Assembly (NCBI GenBank): GCA_965201075.1 | Contig: CBDAVP010000004.1 | Coordinates: 186,001-250,000 of the forward strand | Length of the DNA: 64,000 nt | Direction of reading: 5' to 3' | Source of the DNA: Isosphaeraceae bacterium | GTDB taxonomy: Bacteria; Planctomycetota; Planctomycetia; Isosphaerales; Isosphaeraceae | In this document: positions 1-10,595 of the stretch, in pieces | Position numbering within the stretch: the first letter of the stretch is position 1 | Layout: each line of letters starts with the position of its first letter | The notes under the pieces: generated by a model | The model's database searches: none | The model's input: only the letters and a program-made list of their open reading frames with translations | What the model was told of the DNA's origin: nothing | Translations under genes and position numbers: made by a program

Positions 1-809
1 TCCTGCATGCCGACCGGGTCAAACTCGGCCGGGTGTTGACGAACCTGGTGGGCAACGCCCTGAAGTTCACCGAGGCCGGTTCCGTCGCCGTCTGGTTGGG
101 GGCCGACGACGGCGGGCGACTGGTTTTGGCCGTGACCGACACCGGCCTGGGCATCCCCGCCGACCAACTCGGGCGGATCTTCGACGAGTTCGCCCAGTTG
201 CGTAACCCCGAGCGCGACCGCTCCAAGGGGGTCGGCCTGGGCCTGGCCATCTGCCGGAGACTGATCGAAACGGCAGATGGCCACCTGGAGGCCCGGAGCC
301 AGGTGGGACTTGGCAGCACCTTCACCGCGACCTACCCGGCCGACCACCTCGCCGACGTAAGCCCCCCTCCTGCCCCGCCCGTCGCGGGCTCGCCCGGCGA
401 AGCGATCCATCGGCCGACGATCCTGCTGGTGGAAGACGACGAGGGAAGCCTCCGGCCGCTGGTCCGGCTGCTGGAGCGCGACGGGTTCACCGTCGAGCCG
501 GCCCGGGAAGGGACCGAGGCCCTCGCCGCCCTGGGACGCTGTTCTCCGGCCCTGATGCTGCTGGACCTGCGCCTGCCCGGCCTCGACGGCCCGGAGGTTT
601 TGCGTCGGCTGCGGTCCGACCCCGCCCACAAATCCTTGCCGGTGGTGGTCCTGTCCGGCGACGTCGACGGCGAGCGGCTGGACCGCGCCCGGTCGCTGGG
701 CGTGGCCGGGGTGCTCGCCAAGCCGGTCGATTTCGAGAGTCTGAAAGCCTTGCTGGGCCGCCTCTTGCCGCATCCCGCGACCGCCGCCTCGCCAACCCGG
801 CCCCGCTGA
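1..809 (+). CDS. Hybrid sensor histidine kinase/response regulator, C-terminal part (5' end outside window)
   Basis: HATPase boxes NLVGNALKFT, DTGLGI, GVGLGLAIC, then a receiver domain (LLVEDD, LLDLRLPGLDG, KP). Confidence 0.9.
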   Translation, partial: LHADRVKLGRVLTNLVGNALKFTEAGSVAVWLGADDGGRLVLAVTDTGLGIPADQLGRIFDEFAQLRNPERDRSKGVGLGLAICRRLIETADGHLEARSQVGLGSTFTATYPADHLADVSPPPAPPVAGSPGEAIHRPTILLVEDDEGSLRPLVRLLERDGFTVEPAREGTEALAALGRCSPALMLLDLRLPGLDGPEVLRRLRSDPAHKSLPVVVLSGDVDGERLDRARSLGVAGVLAKPVDFESLKALLGRLLPHPATAASPTRPR

Positions 810-942
810 CGGGCGTTCGCCCCTCGCCTCCGACGGCCCGCATCGCGAGAATCGACCGGGCCGACCGCCTCGGGAAAATTCCGGCGACATTCCATCCAGA
901 ACGGCGGCTGAGCCCGGTGTATCCCCACGGGGAACGACGCCG

Positions 943-1545
943 ATGGACGACCTTCCGAGCACCCGGGCGAGCCTCCTGATCCGCTTGAGGGACCCGCAAG
1001 ACGAGCGGGCCTGGGCGGAGTTCGTGGAGCTTTACCGGCCGTTGGTCCGAAGGCTGGCCCGCCGTCGGGGGCTCCAGGAGGCCGACGCCGATGACCTGGC
1101 CCAGGACGTTTTTCGAGCCGTCGCCTCGGCGATCGGCCGGTTCGAGTGCGACCCCGCCCGGGGCTCGTTCCGGGCCTGGCTGTCGACGATCGCGAGGAAC
1201 CTCATCCTCAACCTCCTGTCCAGCCGTGGCCACCGACTGCGGGGCAGCGGCGACTCGGAGGTTGCCCGCTGGCTCGACGAGCAGCCCGACCCCCAGCCGG
1301 AGGACACCTCGGCCGAGTTCGACCGCGAGTACCGCCGACAGCTTTTCGACTGGGCCGCCAGCCACGTCCGCGAGGAGGTCTCCGACCTGGAGTGGCGGGC
1401 CTTCCAACTCGGAGGAGTCGAGGGCCGGCCCGCCGCCGAGGTCGCCGCCCGGCTCGGCACCACCATCGGCACGGTCTACTCCTACAAGAGCCGCGTCATG
1501 GCCCGTTTGAAACGCCGGATCGAATCGTTCTCCGACGGACTTTGA
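943..1545 (+). CDS. ECF RNA polymerase sigma factor (kinase-associated type)
   Basis: TRASLLIRLRD...AWAEFVELY, DADDLAQDVF, SFRAWL, C-terminal HTH (AAEVAARLG...VYSYKSR); directly upstream of a Ser/Thr kinase. Confidence 0.9.
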   Translation: MDDLPSTRASLLIRLRDPQDERAWAEFVELYRPLVRRLARRRGLQEADADDLAQDVFRAVASAIGRFECDPARGSFRAWLSTIARNLILNLLSSRGHRLRGSGDSEVARWLDEQPDPQPEDTSAEFDREYRRQLFDWAASHVREEVSDLEWRAFQLGGVEGRPAAEVAARLGTTIGTVYSYKSRVMARLKRRIESFSDGL

Positions 1546-1575
1546 ATCCCTCTCTCCACCCGAGGCCCGACGACG

Positions 1576-4500
1576 ATGGTGAGCCAACCCCGCGACCGCT
1601 GCGACGAGGACCGCCTCCGTCGCTTCTTCGAGGACGACTCCGAAGGCCCCGACCGCGACGAGATCCTGGCCCACCTGGAGGGTTGCCCCACCTGCCAGCG
1701 ACGCCTGGACCAGTTCTCGGCCGACTGCCCGTGGTGGGAGGACGTACGCCGGTTCGCCCCCGACTGGACGTCCGGGCCGTCGGTCCCGCCTCCGGAGGTC
1801 GCCGAGTTCCTCGACCCGCCGACCGCCGAGGGGGACCTGGGTCAGTTCGGCCCGTACCGGATCACCGAGGTCATCGGCCGGGGCGGGATGGGCGTGGTCC
1901 TGGGGGCGTTCGACCCGTCGTTGCATCGCAAGGTGGCCATCAAGGTACTGGCGCCGCAACTGGCGGCGGTCGCCTCGGCCCGCCGACGGTTCGGCCGGGA
2001 GGCCCGCGCCGCCGCCTCGATCTGCCACGAGCACGTCGTCAGCATCCACGCGGTCGACGAGTGGAAGGGGCTGCCTTACCTGGTGATGCCGTTCATCCCC
2101 GGTCGATCGTTGCAAGAGCGCATCGACCAGTCCGGCCCGGCCGACCTGGAAGCGATCCTGCGCATCGGCATGCAGGCCGCCGCCGGGCTCGCCGCGGCGC
2201 ATGCTCAGGGGTTGATCCACCGAGACATCAAGCCGTCCAACGTCCTGCTGGAAAACGGAGTCGAGCGGGTCAAGATCACCGACTTCGGCCTGGCCCGCAT
2301 GACCGACGACGCCAGCGTGACCGAGTCGGGCGTCCTGGCCGGAACCCCACAGTACATGTCGCCCGAGCAGGCCCGGGGCGAGGCGATCGACCACCGAGCC
2401 GACCTGTTCAGCCTCGGAGGGGTCCTCTACGCGACGGCCACCGGCCACGCCCCGTTCCGCGCCTCGACCACGATGGGCGTGCTGAGGCGCGTCTGCGAGG
2501 ACCATCCCCGGCCGATCCGCGAGTCGTCCCCCGAACTCCCACCTTGGCTCGACGCAATCATCGCCAAGCTGCTGGCCAAGGCCCCGGAACAGCGTTACCA
2601 GACCGCCGAGGAGGTCGCCACGGTGCTGGGCGCCTGCCTGGCGCACGTTCAGCAGCCGAACCAACGCCCCCTGCCATTGTTGCCGCCTTCGCCCCCCGCC
2701 AATGCCGGCGGCGGGAACCGTCGTCGACGCCGAGGAGTCCTGGCGGGCGTGATGGCCCTGGCCGGCGGGCTGGCCCTGGCGGCGATCGTGACGATCCGCG
2801 TGCGGACGCCCGAGGGGACTTTGGTGATCGAAACCGAAGACCCCGCCGTCCACGTCTCGGTCGACGGCGACGAGGTTCGCATCGACGGCGACGGTCTGAG
2901 CGAGGTCCGGCTCAAGGTTGGCGACCACCAGGTCCGGGCGACCAACCGGGGCGGGCGTCCGTTGCTGCAAGAGGTGGTAACGATCCGCAAGGACGGCAAG
3001 GAAATCGTCAAGGGTCCACCGAGAGCCCCCGGCCCCCCCCGCTGGCCGACGGCCCGCCCGCGACGGCAAGCCCCCCGCCGGCCAGGGCTTCGGTCGACCC
3101 TGCGGGACCAGCCATGGACGGGGCGGGCGGGGCGGTCGAGGCACGAGCCTCGATGCCGGGGATGGGCGGCCCTCCCCTGAGGCCATATTCGACCCTTCGC
3201 CCTGCGCAAACGACGGTCCAGGAGGGTTGGATTCGGGCCGTGGCCTTCGACCCCCGGAGCGCGTCGGTATCCTGGGGTGGTACCTCCAAAAACCTCATGT
3301 CATGGGGCCCGCGTTGGGACGAGCCCGCGACGACGATCGAGCGAGACCAGGGGATCATCGAGGCGATCGCGTTTTCTCCCGACGGCAAGACCCTGGCCCT
3401 GGGCGACGGACTGGGGATGGTCGAGGTCCGCGACGGCACGACCGGCAGGGGAATCCGGGACGATCGAGGTTTCCCCGAAGTTCCAGGTCCACTCGGTCGC
3501 CTTCAGCCCCGACGGCCAGACCCTGGCCACCCGGCAGCCGCAACGGTCACGTCGATCTCTGGAAGGTCGAGACGGGCGAGAACTTGCGGGCGGGGTTCGT
3601 CGAGGGCCAGCCGATCTCGCACGTCCGCTTCACCCCGAGCGGACGGGCGCTGCTGACCGCCACGGGAGAATGGAGCGCGCCGACCAATCCCAGCACGATC
3701 CGGCTCTGGGGATTTCGCCACGCAAAAGATGAGGGGGACCTTCTCGCATCCCTGGGGTCGGGTTTCGGCCCTGGCCCTCGCCCCCGACGGCGAGACCTTC
3801 GCCACCGGCAGCAGCGACGGCATCCGCTTGTGGTCCACCCAAGCAATCGCGGTCCAGGCCACCTTCCCCGAGCGGGACGCCCTGAAAAGGCCGGGGGGCT
3901 TCGTCCCCGGGCCGGAAGCCATCGCCGTGCTGAAGACCGACGACTGGCAGGTCAACGCCCTGGCCTTCTCCCCCGATGGGCAGACCCTGGCCAGTGGCCA
4001 GAACCAGGGACAGGTGACGATCTGGAACGTGGCCGACCGCAAGGTCCGCAACGTGCTGGGGGGTCGAGCCGCCAAGGTGCTGGCCGTCGCCTTCTCGGCC
4101 GACGGAAAGAACCTGGCGGCGGGGGGCTCCGACGGGCATCTCGACGTCTGGAGCGTCCCCGTTGAGACGTCACCCGCTCCCGCCATCGCCTTGCCGGCGG
4201 CGTTCGGGGCCGAGCGCCCATTGATCGCCGCCCCGGTCCCCCCGCCAATCCGCACCTGGCCCAACCTGGGCGGCGAGGTCAGCGCCCTGGCGTTCGCCCC
4301 CGACGGCGAGTCGCTGACCTGGGGGGGACGTTTCCCGAAACTGGAAACCTGGACCCTGCCCGACGGCCCACAGGTCACCACCGACCGGGGACGCTCCGAC
4401 CTGGAAACCCTGGCCTTCGCCCCCGACGGCAAGACCTTCGCCCTGGGCGACAACCGCGGCCTCGTCGAGATCCGCGACGCCGCCACCCGGTCCGTCCTCC

Positions 4501-6359
4501 GGACGATCGAGGCGTCCCCGGGGTTCCAGGTCTTCTCGCTCGTCTATGGCCCCAAGGGCAAGACCCTGGCCACCGCCAGCCGCAATGGACACATCGGGCT
4601 CTGGGACCTCGCGACCGGCGAGGCCCTCTCCTCGCCGTCGGACCAGGACATGCCGGTCCTCCACGTCCGCTTCACCCCGGATGGGAACACCTTGATCGCG
4701 GCCACCGGCGACTTCGACCAACCCAAGTTGGAAGGCCGAATCCTGTTTTGGGACGTCGCCGGCCGGTGGGCGTCGACCCTGCCGCATCCCAAGGGGCGGG
4801 TTTCGGCCCTGGCGGTCTCCCCGGACGGCCAGACCCTCGCCACCGGCAGCGGCGACGGCATCCAGACATGGTCGATGGGGCGCATGCTGAAGACGTTTTC
4901 GCTCGTCCCCAAGGATGACCCCGTTGCCAAGCGGACCAAGCCCACGCTCATCGCCGAATTCAAGAACGACGACTGGCAGGTCAACGTCCTGGCCTTCTCC
5001 CCCGACGGGCGGACCCTGGCCAGCGGCCAGAACCGCGGCCAGGTGACGCTCTGGGACGTGGCCGGCAACCCATCCCAGACGATCCTGGGAGGCCGCGACG
5101 CCAAGATCACCGCCCTGGCCTTCGCCCCGGATGGCAATACGATCGCGTCGGGCGGTTCCGACGGCCGGGTCGACCTTTGGCCGCCGCCGGCCCCCACCTA
5201 TCCCGCGGTGGCCACCCCGCCGCCGCCGCCCGCCGCCGAAGCCGCCCCGGACCTCCCCGCCAACCCATTCACCCCGCCCGACTCGACCGCGCCCCTGGCC
5301 CAGATACTGGCCGATAAGCCGACGATCCGGCCGCACGGGACGTTCCGCTACCGCCTGTTCCTCATGGACCTGGAGACCGGCAAGGCGTCGCCGATCGTGG
5401 ACGAGCCGGGGCAGGGCTACACCTATTGCGGCTCACCCTCCTGGTCGAGCGACGGCCGGCGGATCGTCTTCGACGCCACCCCGGAGTCCGAGTGGTCGCG
5501 CTCCCGACTCTACGAGCTCGACGCCGCCACTCGCGGACCGGCGCAGGACCTGGGCCTGGGCAACTGCCCGAGCTATACCCCCGACGGCCGGCGGATCGTC
5601 TTCCTGTCCAATGTCACGGGCCAGTCGGGCCTCCACGTCATGAACGCCGACGGCTCGGGCCGGGCCCCCCTCGTCGGCTACGGGCGGCCCAAGTGCTCGC
5701 CCGACGGCCAGCGGGTATTGATCTCCGAGTTCCTCAAGTCCCCGAACTTCTCCCTGGTGAGCCTCGACCCTCGTGGGCCCCAGCGGACCTTCGAGGTCCC
5801 CGGCAAGACGATCCATCCGATCCCCTCGTGGGCCTCGGCCAGCACCATCGTCGCCGCGATCGGGGGCGAACGCGCCGACGCCATCGCCCTGCTGGACGTG
5901 GCCCGCGACGACGCGGCCCAGGCCCAGGCCCAGGAGGCGGAGCCGGACTTTGCGATCGGTCGGGGCGTGACGGACCTCGGCCAGCCGGGGTTCGAGGGGG
6001 AGGCGGTCGAGGTCCGGGCAAGGCTCGCCCCTCGTGGTCTTCGCCGACCCAGGCGCGAGGAGGACCCGCCGATCGAGGCCAAGGTCAAGACCATCCTCTG
6101 GAAGTTCGGCGCCGGGGCCGGGCCCGCCGTCACGCCATCTTGCCCGGTCTATCACGAGGGGACCCGCCGCTGCGTCTTCGTCGGGGCCGAGGAGAAGGGG
6201 ATGGCCCTGTACTCGCTGAACTCCGGAGGGTCGGAGCCCCCGAAGCGGTTGGAGGCCGGCGACGGGCTGGACCCCTTCCTCAGCGACCTGGCGTTCTCGC
6301 CCGACGGCCGGTACGTGATTTTCCAGACCAACAAGGTCGACCGACCGACGAACCCCTGA
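1576..6359 (+). CDS. Ser/Thr protein kinase with N-terminal ZAS motif, TM helix, duplicated WD40 modules and a C-terminal TolB/PD40-like propeller; frameshifted between ~3010 and 3711
   Basis: HLEGCPTC, IGRGGMGVV, VAIK, HRDIKPSN, DFG, GTPQYMSPEQ in ORF 1576-3180; WD40 repeats (AFSPDG...LA) continue through ORFs 1146, 3277, 3227 and 3729-6359 via single-base shifts in G/C runs. Confidence 0.8.
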
Positions 6360-6412
6360 CCCGGAAGCGAGGCCCGCCCCGGTCTTCCAGGCCGGGCGGG
6401 CCGGCTAAACGT

Positions 6413-6444
6413 GGGTTGGGGATCGCCAACCGATCCCCCAACCC
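6413..6444. terminator. Intergenic GC-rich hairpin (possible terminator/REP), no U-tract
   Basis: gggttggggatcg-ccaac-cgatcccccaaccc; a second hairpin at ~6371-6403 follows the kinase stop. Confidence 0.4.
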
Positions 6445-6543
6445 GGATCTCGACACTCCTTGCGATCGTCAATGGCCCGGTCCCCTGGTTGGGACGTAAG
6501 CGGCCAGGGGCCCGGCCCATTCCGGGGACGAGGAGGCCGCGCC

Positions 6544-7635
6544 ATGTGGGGATCGTCCTACGCCCTGATCCGCCTGGTCGCCCTGGGAGCGCTGGGCCTT
6601 GTCCTGCTGGCGGCGGCCCTGGGACGCGACGAATCCCCGTCGCCTCGCCAGCCCGCCGCGGATCACCTGGCGGCGCTGGCTGGGGGCGTCTGCCGGGGAG
6701 ACCGGACCAAGCCCCAACTGCTCGACCTGGCCTCCGGCGTCCCGACCTTCTGGCCGTTCCCGGCCGAGGCGCGATTCGAGCTGGCGTCTCCCTCCCCGTG
6801 GAAGGACGGCCAGGGTCGTCGGCAGTTCGTCGGCCGTCGGCAGTCTCTCCACGGCGAGGCCGCCACTGAGTTGGCCCGGTACGAGTACCCCTCGGGACGG
6901 CCGCTCGGCCACCTCACGCCGCCGTCGCTGCCGGCCTCGCCCCCCTGCTGGACGCCCGGCGTGGGCGCCGTGGTCGTCTTCGCCGGCTGCGACGGAGCTC
7001 TCTATCGAGCCGACTTCGAGCCCCGAGGCTTCGCCGACGCCCCCACCCTGGCGAAACTCCGCTGGGGAATCGGTCAGGCCGGCGCCGATTACGCTTTCGT
7101 CTCGCATCCTTGCCAGAGTGAGTCGCTGGGCAAGGAATGGATGGTGGCCACCCTCGGTCTCCAGGCGGAGCCGCATGGCCCGACACCGCAGGAAGAGCGG
7201 CTCTGGTGGCTAAGGACCGACCCCTCGGGCACGGTCATCGGTTCGGCTGGTCCTTTGATCGCACCGCCCCGGGGCGATGGCGACCGCGAGGTCTACCCTG
7301 CCGTGGGTCATCGCCCCGACGGCTCGCTGCTCCTGGCGTTCCTGACCCCCCAGCCCAGCGGCGACACGGCCGATCTGTTCGCGGCGCCCCTGCGATACGA
7401 CCCCGCCACCAGCGGCTTCCTCGCCCACCGCGACGAGGTTCGTCGCCTCGCCCGCGGCTGCCGTTTGTGGACCCCAGTCCTCAGCCTTGATGGCGAGGCC
7501 GTGCACGTCCTGGCCGGAGACCGCTCCGGCCTGCGACTGGTCCGGGTCGCGATGCCGACCTGGCCCGCCCCGTCACTGGGACCGATAAACCTCGCCGCCG
7601 ACGCCCCTGCGCCCCCGGGACCGAATCGCCTATAA
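6544..7635 (+). CDS. Hypothetical exported/membrane-anchored protein, possibly a beta-propeller
   Basis: GAGGAGG SD before ATG 6544; hydrophobic N-terminus; PCWTP/PCQ/PAV/PVLS spacing resembles PD40-type repeats. Confidence 0.7.
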   Translation: MWGSSYALIRLVALGALGLVLLAAALGRDESPSPRQPAADHLAALAGGVCRGDRTKPQLLDLASGVPTFWPFPAEARFELASPSPWKDGQGRRQFVGRRQSLHGEAATELARYEYPSGRPLGHLTPPSLPASPPCWTPGVGAVVVFAGCDGALYRADFEPRGFADAPTLAKLRWGIGQAGADYAFVSHPCQSESLGKEWMVATLGLQAEPHGPTPQEERLWWLRTDPSGTVIGSAGPLIAPPRGDGDREVYPAVGHRPDGSLLLAFLTPQPSGDTADLFAAPLRYDPATSGFLAHRDEVRRLARGCRLWTPVLSLDGEAVHVLAGDRSGLRLVRVAMPTWPAPSLGPINLAADAPAPPGPNRL

Positions 7636-7696
7636 TCGCTCCCAACGCACCGGGTCGCCGATCCGGAGCCTGGAATGCGCCGGGGGGTGGGGCGAA

Positions 7697-9088
7697 ATGG
7701 ATGGCAGCCGGGGGGACGACCGGCTCGGCTGGGAACTGGCCGCCGAGTCGATCGTCGTCAAGATCCGCTGGTTCGGGGTCGCGATGGGCTGCGTCCTGGT
7801 CGCCTCGCGGTCGGGCCTGCGCGATCCGAGGGCGGTTCTGGGGTTGCTGGCCCTGGGCGGGGTTTACGCGGCGCTGGACACGGCGTCTCACCGTCGCGGA
7901 GAGGTCTTCCTGGTTCGTCGGCCCCTGTCGGTCTCGGCGATGGAGGCCGCCTTCATCGCCCTGCTCTGCTACAACGACACCGGCATCGACAGCCCGTTCC
8001 GCTGGTACTACCTGCTTTCGCTGATCTGCTGCGCCCTGCGCTACCGGCCGGCGATCGCCTGGACGACCCTGGGGCTGCACGGCTCCAGCCTGGCAGCCCT
8101 GGCCTGGGCCCTGGGCGGTCGCGAGGCTCTGGAGCGACTGCCCCTGACGGCCGTGATTCTGGCCTGGGCCACCTGGGCGGTCTCGGCCCTGGCAGGCTTG
8201 CTGAAGGCCACCGGCGCCAGGCTGGAACGGGCCAACGCCGAGCTTCAACGGTATGGGGCCGAACTCGAAGGCCGAGTCGCCGAACGCACCGCGGCCTTGC
8301 GGGCCTCGCAAGCCAGACTCATTCACCAGGAGAAGATGGCGGCGTTCGGGCTGCTGGCCGCGGGGATCGCCCACGAGGTCGGCAACCCGTTGGCGGCGCT
8401 GAGCAACCTGATTCAGATCCTCCAGAGGCGCGGGCCCGACCCCTACTCCGCCGAGAAGTTGGAGACCGCCGGCAAGCAGGTGGGGCGTATCCGTCGGATC
8501 GTCCGGGAGTTGGTCGACTTCGCCCGTCCCGGCCCCTCGGCCGCCGAGCCGGTGCGCCTGGCCGACGCGGTGGACGAGGCGATCGCCATCGCCAAATACT
8601 ATCAAAGGACCAAGGACCGCGCGATTGTCGTCGACGTACCCGCCGCGCTGCCGGCGGTCGTTGCCCCCCGCGATCACCTGGCGCAAGTGGTGCTGAACCT
8701 GCTGCTCAACGCCATCGACGCGACCGAGTCCGGCGGGAGGATCGGCCTGGAAGCTCGGGCGTCTGGCGATGCGGTCGAGCTGCGCATCAACGACGACGGA
8801 CACGGCCTCGACCCGTCCGACCTGCCCAAGCTCTTTCAGCCGTATCACACCACCAAGGACCGGGGGACAGGCCTGGGTTTGTTCGTCAGCCGGCAACTCG
8901 TCGAGGAACTCGGCGGAACCCTGATTCACGAGCCCAGCGAAGGCCCGGGAGCCACCTTCGCCATCCGCCTGCCGGCCCGCTGGATCGGCCCCGAGCGGCC
9001 TTTGCTGGCCTGCCGATTTCACGCCCAACCCGTCGCTGCCGTCGCAGGCGTGGGCGAATGCGTCCCCGCCGCGACCCCCGCCCGATGA
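7697..9088 (+). CDS. Membrane sensor histidine kinase
   Basis: Multiple TM helices, H-box AHEVGNPL, N-box NLLLNAIDA, DDGHG, GTGLGL. Confidence 0.92.
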   Translation: MDGSRGDDRLGWELAAESIVVKIRWFGVAMGCVLVASRSGLRDPRAVLGLLALGGVYAALDTASHRRGEVFLVRRPLSVSAMEAAFIALLCYNDTGIDSPFRWYYLLSLICCALRYRPAIAWTTLGLHGSSLAALAWALGGREALERLPLTAVILAWATWAVSALAGLLKATGARLERANAELQRYGAELEGRVAERTAALRASQARLIHQEKMAAFGLLAAGIAHEVGNPLAALSNLIQILQRRGPDPYSAEKLETAGKQVGRIRRIVRELVDFARPGPSAAEPVRLADAVDEAIAIAKYYQRTKDRAIVVDVPAALPAVVAPRDHLAQVVLNLLLNAIDATESGGRIGLEARASGDAVELRINDDGHGLDPSDLPKLFQPYHTTKDRGTGLGLFVSRQLVEELGGTLIHEPSEGPGATFAIRLPARWIGPERPLLACRFHAQPVAAVAGVGECVPAATPAR

Positions 9089-10503
9089 CCCGCTCCCCGA
9101 AGGCGTCCCCCATGCCCTCAACACGCCCGACCGAGGACCGAGGCCGCGTCCTGGTCGTCGACGACGAAGAGGTCATCGCCCAGACCCTCGGCGAGTTTCT
9201 CCAGGGCGAGGGCTTCGAGGTCGCCGTCGCCGCCAACGCCCCCGATGCCCTGGCCTTGACCAGTTCGTTTGAGCCGGCGGTCGTTTGCTGCGACGTCCAG
9301 CTTCCCGGCGTCGACGGCCTGGAGTTGCTCGACCGCCTTTTGAAGCTCCGTCCCGAGACAATGGTGGTGATGATTACCGCCTACGCCACCGTTGAAAACG
9401 CCGTCGCCGCCTTCCGCCGAGGGGCCCAAGATTACCTGATGAAGCCGGTAATGTTCGACGAGCTTCTGGCCAAACTCGACCGCTTGATGGCCGTCCGCCG
9501 CCTCGTGCTGGAGAACCAGGCACTACGACGCCAACTGCACGCTCCGGGCGGGTCCGAGGCTCTGGTCGGTCGCGGACCGGCGATGCAGACGGTCAAGTCC
9601 TTGATCACCAAGGTCGGGCCGACCCGCAGCAATGTTTTGATCACCGGAGAATCGGGCACTGGCAAGGAACTGGTCGCCCGAGCTTTGCATTCTCCAGGGC
9701 CCGACGGCCGCGAGTCCGATGCCCCGTTTCTGGCCATCAACTGCGCGGCGATCCCCCATGACTTGCTCGAAAATCAACTGTTCGGCCACGTCCGGGGCGC
9801 CTTCACCGGTGCTGACCGCGACCACGCCGGCCTGTTTGTCGCCGCCGGCAAGGGGACGGTCTTCCTCGACGAGATCGGCGAGCTCGCCATGCCCACCCAG
9901 GCCAAGTTGCTGCGAGCGATCGAGACCCGTGAGGTGTTGCCCGTCGGCGCGACCCGGGCGATTCCCTTCAAGGCGCGGATCGTGGCGGCCACCAACAAGG
10001 ACATCCCCGCCGAGGCCGCCGCCGGTCGGTTCCGCGACGACCTGTTTTATCGCCTCAACGTCGTGACGATCCGCACGCCCCCGTTGCGAGAGCGACCCGA
10101 GGACATCCCCGACCTGGTCGCCGCCCTGCTGGCGCGCCACGCCCGCCGCCTCGGTCGTCGGGTCGACGGCGTGGACAACGCAACCATGAGGCTCTTGATG
10201 GCCGCGCCGTGGAAGGGGAACGTCCGAGAGCTGGACAACGCCCTGGAACGCGCCGTGATCCTGGGCGACGGTCCGATTTTGACCCCCGCTGACTTCCCCG
10301 CCGAACTCAGCCCGGCTGGCGAGGGGGACGATGCCGGCGACCGCCTCGAATCGACCCTGGCCCGCTACGAACGCCACCATATCCTGCGAGTCCTGGCCCA
10401 GTGCAACCAGGACAAACGCGAGGCCGCCCGCCGCCTCGGCCTGGGTCTCTCGACCCTCTACCGCAAACTCGAAGAACCCGGCCCCCGAGCCGCCGGCGCC
10501 TGA
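9085..10503 (+). CDS. Sigma-54-dependent response regulator (NtrC/AtoC family)
   Basis: ATGA overlap with the kinase; receiver domain, GESGTGKE, GAFTGA, FLDEIG, WKGNVREL, Fis-type HTH. Confidence 0.95.
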   Translation: MTRSPKASPMPSTRPTEDRGRVLVVDDEEVIAQTLGEFLQGEGFEVAVAANAPDALALTSSFEPAVVCCDVQLPGVDGLELLDRLLKLRPETMVVMITAYATVENAVAAFRRGAQDYLMKPVMFDELLAKLDRLMAVRRLVLENQALRRQLHAPGGSEALVGRGPAMQTVKSLITKVGPTRSNVLITGESGTGKELVARALHSPGPDGRESDAPFLAINCAAIPHDLLENQLFGHVRGAFTGADRDHAGLFVAAGKGTVFLDEIGELAMPTQAKLLRAIETREVLPVGATRAIPFKARIVAATNKDIPAEAAAGRFRDDLFYRLNVVTIRTPPLRERPEDIPDLVAALLARHARRLGRRVDGVDNATMRLLMAAPWKGNVRELDNALERAVILGDGPILTPADFPAELSPAGEGDDAGDRLESTLARYERHHILRVLAQCNQDKREAARRLGLGLSTLYRKLEEPGPRAAGA

Positions 10504-10595
10504 GCGTCTTCCGCGGGATCGGGTCTTCCCATTCGCGTTTTCGGATCGGACAATCGGGGATCGAGCCTCGAAGGATCACCGACGCCGAGGAACGC

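Noticed and set aside
487..3186. Long antisense and alternate-frame ORFs (also 7481-9124, 23082-25490, 26794-28554, 44987-47278, 60284-62185)
   Set aside because: Shadow ORFs typical of high-GC DNA, overlapping well-supported genes and lacking recognisable motifs
7675..9084. N-terminal half of the 942-aa ORF as part of the NtrC protein
   Set aside because: Overlaps the histidine kinase in another frame; the real start is the ATGA-coupled ATG at 9085
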